Made by a program: the position numbers and the translations under genes. A stretch of 64,000 nucleotides of DNA. It comes from Mustelus asterias. Lineage: Eukaryota. The stretch spans positions 28,706,001 to 28,770,000 of the forward strand of contig NC_135801.1 in assembly GCF_964213995.1 (NCBI RefSeq), in the 5' to 3' direction. The notes below the pieces were generated by a model. It had not been told where the DNA came from. It searched no databases and saw only the letters and a list, made by a program, of their open reading frames with translations. Positions 25,201 to 36,754 of the stretch are shown one piece after another; position 1 is the stretch's first letter; every line of letters starts with the position of its first letter.

Positions 25201-28200
25201 TATGTTAACTCTTTGGCCATGATGGCACCTCACTTTCAAAGGAGCAAGAAAGCTCCATCTAAATATCAGCTAAAATATAAAACTAGCAGCACTGATTTCT
25301 TACAAAGCTTTCAGCTGAGCTGTGAGCAAATTTTTGAACAACCTCAATTGTAAAAGCAGATATGATTTTATGAAATCCTGCTTTTCAGTTTGGTTTTAAG
25401 TGGAAGACCAGATGCTGGATGAACTACATTTTTAAAGAAGGAAAAGAATAAAATCTTGAATTACAACTGCCAGTTTAGTCATTGGATGGTCATCAAATTT
25501 GGGGTGTGGATCCTTGCTATAGATTTATCATTCAATTTGGAGGTGATCAGGTCATACTCTAGGTGTCTGGCAATGGGCATTTCCATTTATTCTGATTTAA
25601 TTGTTTTAATTCAATAGACCAAATGAACAGAATAATTCAACTGTTTTCACTAGAACTCTGGGGACAGGAGTTATTAAAGTTGAATTATTTTATCAACCAG
25701 TGTATGTAAACAGAGCCACTAAGGATTGGAGTGGAAACATGATATAAAGTCTCGAATGCATAGGAAATGTGCTAGCAAAATTACGATTAAAAATCTCGTT
25801 TATCATGTAAAATAAAACATAAAAGGTTGACAATGCTTCAGCAGTTCTGGCAATACGTATGGAGAGAGAAACAGAGTTGAGGTTTCAGGCTGTCAGCCTT
25901 TCAACGGAACATCAAAAATCTCTTAATGGTTAGATGGATGTTAGCCCTTTTCAATTTCTACTTTGTCCAGAAAGTGACTTGTGTTAAACTGCTTGTTTCA
26001 AAAATGAAAAATATTTTTCTTTTGTAAGTTTTAGAACATAGTCATGAGATTTAAATCAGTTTGACAGTTAAAGCTACGATACGTTATATTCACGATTCCA
26101 GATATTCCTATGCTATTGTCGGAATAAATCTCACTGAAATGGCTTATAGTATGATGAAGAGTGGCTTACTAAAGACTCATTTCTACAACCTGGTTCCTGG
26201 AGTTCCACAGTTGCAACATTTCCATCAGTTTTATTGTAAGTATTTTAAAATATTTCCTTTCCACAGCTAATGCTTGCTTCTCGTTAGTGCAGAATACATT
26301 CTGTTTGAGAAATTGCTATGATTATTTTCATAGTTATCAATGTCAGATCTCCAATTTCGTATGAACTGTTTGAAATTAAATTATTCCCTGTGGTCAATTT
26401 AAGTCAGCTGTATAAAAAATAATGCCTGACATGAGACTCCCGAAACAAACACTCTGCTCGGAGCTTCGGCATGGGAACCAAGCCTAAGAGGGCAGAGAAA
26501 ATGCTTCAATGCGCTCAAAGCCTCCGTGCAAAAGTGCAACATCCCCACCAACACCAAGGAATTCCTGGCCAAGACCACCCAAAGTGGGGGGGGAGAAGCA
26601 TCTGGGAAGAAGCTGAACATCTCAAGTTCCATCGCTGAGAGCAAGGTGAAACCAAGCATTGACAGTGAAAGCAGCATGTGGCTACCCAGGCCCCTGCCTG
26701 CCCACCCACCCACCCACTTCTCCAACTGCCGTCTGCCCCACCTGTGATGGAGGCTGTAGGTCAGCATTGAATCCTCAGTCACCTCCTCAGTCCTAAGCTC
26801 ATTTTTAGTGTGGAAGCAAGTCATCCTCGACTTTGCAGGACTGCCTTAGAAGATAGAAAATAGTTAATTTCTAGCAATAGTAATTATCTGACAGCTGCAG
26901 CGTATTCCTATCCCCTGTGGTAATATATCGGACTTACTTTTGCAGCGTATCTCTCTATTCCTATGATGACTGACTGCAACATTTCTCTGTCCCTAAAGTG
27001 ATGTATACGACTGAAACACATTCCTTTCATGGTTCACAATACATTTGCCAAATGATACCCCCTCTGATGCTTCAGAATCATGAATTCAAACCTCTCCAGA
27101 GCAGCTGGTGAAATCTAAATTAAATTAATGGATAAATCTGGAATACAATGCAAGTCTCATTAAGAATGGTCAAGAAATTACAAAATTGTCATTAAAATCC
27201 CATCTAGTTCATGAAAGACCTTTATAGAGGAGGAAATCTCCCATCCTTATCTAGCTTGACCTGCATGTGACTCCAGATTCACAGCTACCCTTTGAAATGG
27301 CATAAAACATCACTCAACGGCGTCAAAATGCTACAGTGAAAAGTAAAGCATTGAATACCTACACCTCATGGACTGCAGAGGTTCAAGAAGGTCATCCACC
27401 ACCATCTTCTCAGGGGCAATAAGGAATGGGCAGCAAATGCCGGCCTTGCCAGTGACACTCTTGTGCCAAGAATGAATATTTAAAAAAAGCTTTGATGAAA
27501 GTTTAAAATACATTTTATACTAAAGAACTTTGGCTTGATAGATTAATGAAATACTTCCCTTCAGTCCGCCTACCCATTCTTCAGTCTTTCCACAGCTGAA
27601 GTGAGCATCTGTTCGTCCACAAAAATACAGCAGAAGCAACCTTGCAGATTAGTCATCAACATTAGTTTGCCATAAAGTAAAATCTTTCCCATTGCTGTTT
27701 AGCTATCTATGCCGTTTGAGCTTTGCTATTAAATTAATAGATTATTTTTATTGTATATTATGCAATATGTGCAGTATTTGCATAAATATTATTTGGTGGT
27801 CATTAACCCATTATTAATGAGCATGTTTGTTTATATCTTTTAAATATAGAAAAAGCATTACTTAATGTTTAGTAATATACATTCCTATTGCTCCAACTAT
27901 TTTGGAGACCCTATTGAATCAGATATTTTACTTAAACATAGTACATATGGGCTGATTTTGTGGCATTCCAACCCTGCAGTGGTTTAAAACACCATTTGCT
28001 TATAATACTTTCCAGTATAATTCAGTAAGTAGTGCTTTCAGACAGTTTGCTATATCATAGACACTATATAAATGCAAGTTATTGTTGTAATTTGATGACT
28101 GGCTCAAAATTACATTCTTCTTTTGTTCCCAGTGATAGATCTTGGGCAAAACTTGAATTTCCTTTAAAGCTCTCTCGTATTTTCTTAAACCATTGTTTAA

Positions 28201-28558
28201 TCTGTCCTCTTGTAATTCAAATGTTGAATGCAAATAACACATCTGAACCACAGCACCAGGGAATTGTACAGATTTTTAGGCAGTTAGTTAGGCCTGCAAG
28301 TGAGAACATACAGACTTTTCTTTTGGTCATGGTAAATATACAGGATGGAAGAGAAGCATTGTGATACAGCCAGACTTCATGAATAATAGTTTCCATCTTG
28401 TTTTAGGTTACCTAATGTACGAGTTTGATCAATTCTGGTTTAAGGAGGAGCCATCGAGCATCATGGAATTCAACCTCTACAGAGAACAATTTCATGGAAG
28501 AATAAAACAACTCTTACAAGATCCCAAAACAGGGCTTAAACTGAATTTCAACAAATAG
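16086..28558 (+). CDS. ELMOD2: ELMO domain-containing protein 2 (ARF/ARL GAP), spliced CDS: join(16086..16230,17612..17640,18787..18884,22873..23002,23969..24102,25061..25129,26102..26235,28407..28558), 891 nt, 296 aa
   Basis: All introns are GT-AG and phases are consistent (145+29+98+130+134+69+134+152=891). Translation resembles vertebrate ELMOD2 throughout: WMKWILRKVTGRCELQRI, ELMO GAP motif QWGDIGFQGDDPKTDFRGMG, YSYAIVGINLTEMAY, YLMYEFDQFWFKEEP. Confidence 0.96.
17612..17640 (+). CDS. ELMOD2: ELMOD2 coding exon 2 (29 nt)
   Basis: ttttaatag| (E)YSLESSKNE |gtaagt; restores frame. Confidence 0.92.
18376..18650 (+). mobile_element. SINE, tail type B
   Basis: Similar to 89-388. Confidence 0.85.
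18787..18884 (+). CDS. ELMOD2: ELMOD2 coding exon 3
   Basis: tgttag| VLKAAVTVSEANVANRVRDIMEIKKISIQKDP |gtaagt. Confidence 0.93.
19090..19275. mobile_element. Imperfect palindromic non-autonomous element; related copies near 25810-25910, 42160-42256, 43660-43745 and 52670-52830
   Basis: ctggaaa..ggcagcatctgtggagagag arm and its reverse complement; recurs in the window. Confidence 0.6.
19488..19820 (-). mobile_element. SINE, tail type A
   Basis: Reverse-complement similarity to 2236-2572. Confidence 0.85.
20690..21110 (+). mobile_element. Old CR1 RT fragment
   Basis: Remnant NCRPINLTSVVGKLL..QHGF..DFQK. Confidence 0.7.
21723..22127 (-). mobile_element. CR1 3' fragment
   Basis: CR1-type 3' UTR and C-terminal ORF2 remnant in reverse orientation. 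Confidence 0.75.
22873..23002 (+). CDS. ELMOD2: ELMOD2 coding exon 4
   Basis: ttccttag| FKLNLQTCLLQISGFKKLFADIENLRKQPFDSSNKQHEDMLKK |gtacat. Confidence 0.93.
23969..24102 (+). CDS. ELMOD2: ELMOD2 coding exon 5 (GAP motif)
   Basis: cttttag| LWNLLMPHVHLESRITKQWGDIGFQGDDPKTDFRGMGMLGLHNL |gtaagt. Confidence 0.96.
25061..25129 (+). CDS. ELMOD2: ELMOD2 coding exon 6
   Basis: cttttag| FFGDHYTETARQTLSHSTHPKI |gtaagt. Confidence 0.93.
26102..26235 (+). CDS. ELMOD2: ELMOD2 coding exon 7
   Basis: ttccag| YSYAIVGINLTEMAYSMMKSGLLKTHFYNLVPGVPQLQHFHQFY |gtaagt. Confidence 0.95.
26395..26855 (+). mobile_element. RTE-clade LINE 3' fragment
   Basis: Remnant RGQRKCFNALKASVQKCNIPTN..KW, resembling the RTE ORF C-terminus, plus 3' UTR. 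Confidence 0.6.
27095..27482 (+). mobile_element. Third SINE/LINE-tail family (type C), diverged; related copies near 41440-42095 (-), 50665-50995 (-) and 60455-60800 (+)
   Basis: Shared cccatctggttc.ctaatgtcctttagggaaggaaatctgcc..tgtgactccaga core and gggcaataaatgctggcc tail. Confidence 0.7.
28407..28558 (+). CDS. ELMOD2: ELMOD2 last coding exon
   Basis: ttttag| YLMYEFDQFWFKEEPSSIMEFNLYREQFHGRIKQLLQDPKTGLKLNFNK*. Confidence 0.95.
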
Positions 28559-30077
28559 ACAGCAAATTGCATGAAACCTATGATGTGGCACTTGGAATTA
28601 ATAGGAAGATGTGAGTTTATGCAGTGGATCCATGATTTTCAATCGAGTTTTTACTTGTAAATAGAAGCCTATTAATAACATTATGTGACTGAAATTCAGG
28701 ATGTGTTCATTTTCAATATAAATATACCATCAAATTGTTTCAGGTTGCCTTGTGTTTGATAGCATAAATACGGATAACCTATTTATAGTGACATCCATAA
28801 AGTAGTAATTGAAATGGTGCTTCATTCTGGAAGGAACCATTTGAAATGTATATAAATTTGAGAGATCTTCAGTTTTCTCTTTGGAGTATGTAATGTAACA
28901 TAAATTTATCCCTTCAAAAACATTTTTTAGTTTGTCTTTGTTATTGCTGCTACATGCAGTTTCATGAACATTGTCGATAAAATTTTAAAGCTGAGTTTGT
29001 GTTGAATCGTCACCCAGCCCTTTTAATTTACTGCAGTTAAATAGCAAATAGGGTTACTTGGGAGTAATTACAAGACTGTAATCTCACGAGCAAAGCTTGA
29101 ATGGTTTAGCTACACCTGAATGTCATTCGAACAATGAGATTACTGTTGTGGAACCTCATTTCACAAGTCTGTTATTTGTAATGAAATACATGGGAGTTAG
29201 AGGGCACCAGGTCACACGGCAGACTTCACCGAGACATTCATTCTGTGTATTTCACATTGTTGAAAGGTTGATGTCTGTGTGTGAGATGCAGAGCTAAATT
29301 TTCCAGCAATAACCTGTTTTAATCTGACTACAGTAAATAACAAAAAGTTCTAAAGTAGCAATTGACATATTCAATTAAGAATCTGACTTGTTTTCAGAAA
29401 AAAAATCCTTGTGTATTATTCAAACATGTTCTTGATTCCTAATTAATTTTATAGTGATTACATTATGAAACAATCTTCCCACAAGAACACCATAGTCTAT
29501 GAATTACTTGTAGTTTATTAATGAGTTCAAATTGTTGACAATCTTGCTTGTACAATTAAACTGAGGTCCATTTGAGGTGCGTCCCTTTAATTTGTGTTTT
29601 GTTGTTTAAATTGAGTGTATTGTATGTTAACTGATACAGTAACAGCGCCTCACATCATTTTCCACAATGGAAAATTAATTCTACCAAAAAATATTTTTTA
29701 AATATAGAGATTATTGAGCAAATCCACAATTAGTGTTATAGTCAGCGCAGTATTTGAAGAGGCACAAGGAAAAATGAGCCTCGTCTCACTCAGGAAAGCA
29801 AAGTAGGATTTGTTTTTCCACACACTGTTCCTGCTTTTTACCGAGGATCCCTTATTGTATGATCGGCAGTGAAAAGTTTTATATTTATTGCTGGTGATTA
29901 TTCTGGATTAAACATTCATTGCTGAGTGTCAAGTTAATTGGATGGAATGGTTTTTTTCAGAAAGATATTCTACGATATTTGAAGTTTATATAGATTTCTA
30001 CTGGTTGGCTTTCCATTAAAGAATGGGGATAAGAAGGGTGGGGGGAGATGAAGCTTTATTTTATGAACGTTTGCTGA

Positions 30078-30120
30078 AATAAATAGTATAACTGCAATTT
30101 TGACTCTGTTGTGTTTTTTT
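30078..30120 (+). terminator. Probable ELMOD2 polyadenylation signal (about 1.5 kb 3' UTR)
   Basis: AATAAA at 30078-30083 followed by GT/T-rich tgactctgttgtgttttttt, at the end of an AT-rich, repeat-poor stretch after the stop. Confidence 0.6.
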
Positions 30121-30375
30121 AACTTTGTTACTCATTGTGTGTGTATTGTACACTCTTATGACCAGCCCCAGGTGAGGCCCCCCAATAGTTGTTGATCCGG
30201 GCAAGATCCCTCGGTTTCTATCACTGTCCAACCAGAATATCAAATTGTTGCAAATCTGGGTGTCAGGATGGTAACCAGTTCCATGTCTTTATTCAACCCA
30301 CCTTTTGCTGGCAGCAACAAGGTTTAATCTAACAAGGTTCCCTTTCCCTTGGAAACCATTTCCAGACCCAATAGT

Positions 30376-30912
30376 TGGCCGGGATTCTCCCTAAACTAAG
30401 TGCTCAAACAGACGGGAAAACTGGAGAATTTCCTGCCCATTTTTTGGGCGTACTTACCTGAATGAATCTCGACACTGCATCACCGAGTGCCTCAAACTGA
30501 TTCGCACTGAAAAGTGGGGGGCGCCCACTCTGATCTCACCCCCTTGGGCAGTACCAAGGTGCCCTTTGGGCAGTGCCAGGATGCCAGGCTGGCACTGCCC
30601 AAAGAGCACCCCTTTACTCCGCGACTTCCCAAGGGATCCTCAGCGGTGTCTGTCCCCACCAGCGGGGTGAGGGCGCCTTTCCCTGTTAGTGGGGAGCAAT
30701 TGTAAACCGCACTGTTGGGAACCACTTCCGGTGGCGGGGGATGCTAATCAGTTCCATGTCGATTTCCGGCGCCAAGCTGATTGCGCTAAAACAAAGTGCA
30801 ATCTCGCGACCGGCTGATGCTGGTCATGAATCTCGTGAAAGGCCCCCCCATTGTTGTCCCCCAGCTTGCTGCGCTACTCGAGCAGCGCAGTGGGTTGGGA
30901 GAACCCTGGCCA
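30376..30912. mobile_element. GC-rich MITE-like element with terminal inverted repeats
   Basis: tggccgggattctccc (30376-30391) versus gggagaaccctggcca (30897-30912), 14/16 inverted match. Confidence 0.65.
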
Positions 30913-31236
30913 TAATGTTTTAAAAAGAGCCAGGCTTTCTTGAGCGAAGATAGAGTAAATGTATTAATGACTTAAAAAGGTAAAGAGAAATAGTAAAAAC
31001 ACGTACATCCACATTCATAGAAATAAGAATTTAGTACAATGGTAAGTAAACACAAATGAAAGGTTTGATTTGCGAGGAGTACATGATGACACCTTGTGGC
31101 CATTAAGAATTGATTCCAGTATTGTTAACTTCTGCATGTGAGTAGTTGGTTCTACAATTCAGATGTTCTGCAGTTTAGTAGAGATATTTCAGTTTTCTTT
31201 CCTAGCCGCTGATGCTTTTTTGCCAGCTAGTTGACT

Positions 31237-31668
31237 TGATGTGGAGATGCCGGCATTAGACTGGGGTGGTCACAGTAAGAAGTCTCACAATACCAGGTTA
31301 AAGTCCAACAGGTTTATTTGGTAGCACGAGCTTTCTGAGTGCTGCTCCTTCATCAGGTGGGTGAAGAATTGGGTTCACAAACATGGCATATATGTAGACA
31401 CAGACTCAATTGCAAGATAATGGTTGGAAAGCGAATCTTAACAGGTAATCAAGTCTTTACAGATACAGACAATGTGAGTGGAGAGGGGGTTAAACACAAG
31501 ATTAAAGAGGTGCAAATTGTCTCAAGCCAGGACAGTTAGTAAGATTTTGCAAGCCATGGGGGTTACAGGTAGTGTGACATGAACCCAAGATCCCGGTTGA
31601 GGCTGTCCTCATGTGTGTGGAACTTGGCTATCAGTTTCTACTCGACGATTCTGCGTTGTCGTGTGTCT
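31237..31668 (-). mobile_element. Penelope-like retroelement 3' fragment with hammerhead motif
   Basis: Remnant KLIAKFHTHEDSLNRDLGFMSHY (GIY-YIG C-terminus-like); pLTR-like caaataaacctgttggactttaacctgg; CTGATGA..GAAA core. Confidence 0.75.
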
Positions 31669-31945
31669 TGTATCTCCTGCATTTGAAGGAGTTAATGCAG
31701 GCGGAGGGTGAAATCTTACCAAAAAATGCCAAGATGTTTCTGGCGAGAAAAGCAGCGTGTTTCCAGAGAAGCCAGATGGTTTTCTCTCCAGATCTTATGA
31801 CACTGCTGAAAAAATCAAGGGGGCATTTCATGCTGTCATATGGGGGTGGGGTGGGGTTTCAACACACCAGCAAAACCCAGCTGCACTGTGATCAGGGCAC
31901 AATCTTTATCAGGGATAAACCTTCCCCCTGCCCATTCCCAATCGG

Positions 31946-32678
31946 AGTCACAGAAACTAGAAGCAGGAGTAGGCCATTCAGCAACTCGAGCCTGCTCCGC
32001 CATTCATCTTGACCATGGCTGATCATCAAATTCAATATCCTGAATCCCCCTTCCTCCCATATCCCTTGGTCCATTTAGCCTCGAGAGCTATATCTAATTT
32101 CTTCTTGAAATCAAACAACTTTTTGGCCTTAACTACATTTGGTGGTAGTGAATTCACAGATTCACCACCCTCTGGGTGAAGAAATTTCTCCTCACTTCAG
32201 TTCTAAAAGGTTTACCCCTTATGCCCAAACTATGACCCCTAGTTCTGGACTCCCCCACCATTGGGAACATTTTTTCTGAATCTACCCTGTCTAGCCCTGT
32301 TAGAATTTTAGAACTTTCTATGAGATCCCCTCTCACTCTTCTAAACTCCAGTGAATATAATCCTAACCGACTTCGTCTCTCCTCATATGACAGACCTGCC
32401 ATTCCAGGAATCAGCCTGGTAAACCTTTGCTGTACTCCCTCTACAGCAAGGACATCCTTCCTCAGATAAGGACACAAACTGCACATAATACTCCAGGTGT
32501 GACCTCACCAACACCCTATACAATTGCAGCGAAACATCCCTATCCTTATACTCAAATCCTCTCGCTATGAAAGCCAACATACCATTTGCCACCTGTGCCT
32601 GCACGCTTACTTTCACGAGGACTCCAAGGTCTCGTTGAGTATCCACCTCCCTCAATTTACACCATTCGAGTAATAATT
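31946..32678 (-). mobile_element. CR1 3' fragment, inserted in a GC-rich MITE-like element spanning about 31700-33240
   Basis: QRDLGVLV..ANGMLAFIARG..RRNFFTQRVVNL and 3' UTR. Confidence 0.9.
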
Positions 32679-34333
32679 TGCTCACACTCCCCCCCCCCCC
32701 CCCCCCCACCACCTCCTGATCATCAGTCCCTTCTGCCCACTCATCGCCTCCCCCCTTCCCAGTTGGAGCAGCCACCCACCCTCAAACCCCCCAATGCCTG
32801 TCGCCAGAATCCCCTGCTCCTCCATCTGCTCCCAGCCCATAACCACATCTGAATGAATGGTAGATTCACATCTTGGTGAACCTGCTTCTCTGGACTCTAA
32901 ACATCGATACGCTACGTGGAACAAGCCCAACGTGAATGGTGTCTCCCTGCTTCCTCGTAGTCTGCACGCCGCCGCCACTGTGGAGAATAAAATGTAGGTT
33001 TTGCCAGCGCAGCATCACATACCCTCTCACTGGATATGCAGCGAGTGCGAAAGTTCCAGAGTGAGTGCTGATTAATGGCATGCTAATGTATTAAAATGAG
33101 CTCTCTGTGGTCCTGTGATGTGTTTCACCAGTCCACTGGCAAGATTGGAACTTGGAAACTCACCAAAGCAAATTGCGCTTTCCAAGCTTTGAGCATGCAC
33201 CACCATTCCCACAGTGTGTTTCGGCTTAAAATCACCCCCTTGTGTCTATTAGAGGATGGTCACTAAGCTGTTGGCCTAATGCAGACCCAGCTGACTTTTC
33301 CAGGGTAAAAGTGGCCCATATGAATTTACTTGATAGATGAGCTGCATGATGTAACTGCAATTGGTACTACCACAGGAACATGTTGTCTCATTGCTGCATC
33401 ATTCATTCTCAAGATAAATCTCAGCATCAGTATACCTCTGCTGGAATAAGGCTGAAAGGACTAGCTTTGTGTTTAAATTGCTTGATTACCAAATAATTCC
33501 ATCTATATCAAATGATTCTTAATGGGCATTCTAGTAATGTTGCATGCAAGTTTGAACTCGTTCATGTGATCCTCAGTAGATGCAGAAGTGATGAAGTGGA
33601 ACATTCGATTTTTAATGGTATAGTGTTTTCTCTCAGAATAATTTCCTGATCTTTGATATCCTTTCACTACCGTTGAGATTAACAGCTTTTCAACTCTTTA
33701 AGACAATGTGCTGAATTTCTCTGGCCTACTGGGAGGCAGGCGGGCCGGCATATTGCAGGGGAAATTGTCAGGAGGGGGGAGTGATGTCTTCCTGCAGACA
33801 TGGCATAGTGCTGGTGACAGGAACCTTAGTGGCATGGTCACACACTGGGTAGCCAATTGAACCACTTCATGCCCCAGTTAAAGGCCACTTCCAATGCAGC
33901 CCTCTGGTATTATGCCTGTATAAAGAGGGTCTATCACCTTGGAGGGGCTGTTGTGCCGATTCACTATAGTTAGGATTAAATTATGAAGACAAGTGCCACA
34001 AACTTGCACTAAATTGCATGTTTCAGCTAAATAAAGGAGTTGATACTTTCTATTCACTCTATTTCCTATGGTGGGAGTCCAGATCAAGGACCCATAACCT
34101 TTAGCACCCTTTAAGGGGGGTTGTCTATTTAAAGGGCACTTCATGGCCCACAGATACCCCCTTTGTTGATGGCTACCTGCAACCTAAAGTGCAGCTTATG
34201 TCCCACAACTGCCCTGCTCACCCCACCCCCAATCTAGTTCCTGGTAACGGCTGTTGTCCTGGCAACGGCTGTTGTAAACTAACCTGCAAGCTCTAGCGAG
34301 TATCTCAGCCTGATGATGCAGCTCAGCATTGGT

Positions 34334-34498
34334 TACCACTAGCAGTGTAAGAAGTCTCACAACACCAGGTTAAAGTCCAACAGGTTTATTTGCTACCAAA
34401 TAAACCTGTTGGACTTTAACCTGGTGTTGTGAGACTTCTTACTGTGCTTACCCCAGTCCAACGCCGGCATCTCCACATCATGACTACCACTAGCAGTG
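34334..34498. mobile_element. Penelope pLTR-derived fold-back insertion with 14-bp flanking direct repeat
   Basis: 46-bp perfect inverted arms at 34347-34392 and 34397-34442; taccactagcagtg at 34334-34347 and 34485-34498. Confidence 0.85.
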
Positions 34499-35062
34499 AC
34501 ATTGCTAAGGCTGCTGGGCTCTGGTTGGGCTGGTAGGGCCAAAGGGCAAGCTGCCGTCCTCAATTGGAGCAGGGCCCCTGGGGCTGCCTCTTAATTGGCT
34601 GCAAAATGCAGCACCCGACCACTCACCGGACCAGGTTTAAGCTTGTGCTATCACCCCCAACAGCAGGACCTGACCTCCCCCATGGTAAAATGCAGCCCAA
34701 CGAATCAGTATTATTGAATGGTTGCTAAGGAAATCAAGCTTAGTTCCAAACATTCAATGCTCGGCAAGTTCAGTGACATCATGAAAGAAAAGATCTTGTC
34801 CATCAATTTGTCTCCTCCCTACTCTCAACAATCTCATCCCCTGTTTCCCTGCACATTCCTCCAATCACTGCAGCACACTTCACTCTACCACCTTCTCCTT
34901 CATACAATGGGCAACTTTAATTCCCACGTTAACTGAGAGATGCAAAAATCTATTGTGTGTTCAAGACAGTTTTCTGGAACATGCCCTTGAACCAGCGACA
35001 TGACCTTTACAAATGCTGAGGGCATGTTGTGCTCAAAACCAACCAACATCTGTTAAATATAT

Positions 35063-35384
35063 TGGGCAGTATGTGGCACAGTGGTGAGCACTGCTGCCTC
35101 ACAGCGTCAGGGTCCCAGGTTCAATTCCTGCCTCAAGTCACTGTCTGTGTGGTGTTTGCATGTTCTCCCCATGTCCGCGTGGGTTTGGGTGCTCCGGTTT
35201 ACTCCCAGTCAAAGTTGTGCGAGTTAGGTTGATTGGCTATGCTAAATTGTCCCTTAGTGTCAGGGGGATTAACAGGGTAATTGTGTGAGGTTATGGGAAT
35301 AGGGCCTGGGTGGGACTGTGGTCAGTATAGACTCGATGGGCCAAATGGTCTCCTTCTGTACACTAGGGATTCTATAATTCTATG
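35063..35384 (+). mobile_element. SINE, tail type A
   Basis: Similar to 2236-2572. Confidence 0.85.
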
Positions 35385-36054
35385 ATATGTCAGTTGTATA
35401 GGATGCCTGATTTGTTATTGTGCTTCATCTGAACTTTATAGTCCAAACCATACATATTAAACAAATAACACTGAGTTATGGTTGAGAAAATATAGCAAAA
35501 CAGTAAGGTAGTAAGAAGCTAAAAGTATAATGCAGCAGCGGACAGAAGTAAAATAGCTTTCTCTCAAATGTACTTCTTTCACAATTTGTCACAGCAGCAT
35601 TTTTAGAAGAAACTGTTTTCATAGACTTTAATGAATCTAGCATGGTGGTTACTGCATGCCCGTGACATAATTCCTATACCAACCCACCTAACTGAACTAA
35701 AGATGTTAAGAAATGCCTCCGCCATATCCTTCAGACTAAAGGCTCCCAGGAGCCAGAGTCACCAGTCACAAAGATCAAGGACACAATAGACTGAGCAATT
35801 GGGTGTTTGTATGTCACCAAAGATAGTTAATACTTCAGACAAGTACAACTCAGTAGGCACCCCAGTCAAATCTCAAGAATTAATTGACCTGGGTATGTCT
35901 TGCAGGCAGTTGGGCTCAGCCTCCCAAGTTTAAAGTGTCGCCAGGAATAACTCACTCTATTTAACTAGATAGGCCTGTTATCCCAGTCTATAATCATATA
36001 ATAACTACAGTGAAAGGCAATGCCACCGACAGTTACTGGGGACTTGCATTATAA

Positions 36055-36164
36055 TTTATTCCATCTCACCAAATGTAACATGAAAAGCTGATATATTTAG
36101 AAAATTGTAAATTATGCTTCTATTAAAACTGATTTTGTAAAAATACTGACAAATAGTATTTATT
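36055..36164 (-). terminator. Candidate UCP1 polyadenylation signals
   Basis: AATAAA on the minus strand at 36164-36159 and 36060-36055, 0.5-0.6 kb past the stop. Confidence 0.5.
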
Positions 36165-36654
36165 GATATGTGGCTGTCAATGCAACAAATGGCGTTTAAG
36201 AGACAAGATTGAAATTTTCAAAACAAACTATTTGAACATTAGTTTTTCCTTAGGCTTACAGATGCTAAATCTTAGCAATAAAGTGCATATTACTCAGTGG
36301 TATATTTTTTTAAAATATGAATTCCGTCAGATGGCATTAAATTGTTTTACACAGCATATCCTATGAAAAATAAAGTGCTTCTTTTTGACTGCTCATATAC
36401 TGGTTAAAAACATTTGCCCTGAATATGTTTTCTAAGATGTAATGAATATCACCAGATTTTGAAATGCAATTGAATTAAATCACTGGTATGCTGGTCATGG
36501 AGTTTCATTCCACACAAAATAATCCCATAACGAAAATGATCACATTCATAATACAAGTTCTCATGTCCATAATGCAGGCCTGGCAGTGCAGAGAGGTCAT
36601 TCTATGATCCAGCTGTAATGTGTGGCCAACACCAGGGAATCATACGGCACAATC

Positions 36655-36754
36655 CTAACTTTGTCTGGTCATCATCATTGCTCTTTTCAGCTGCTCATAA
36701 GACACAAACATGATCACGTTCCAGCTCCCAAGGCGCAGATAAGAGGGAAGGAAC
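36655..36754 (-). CDS. UCP1: UCP1 coding exon 6
   Basis: tgtag| [32 protein letters not shown] (TAG at 36657-36655). Confidence 0.94.
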
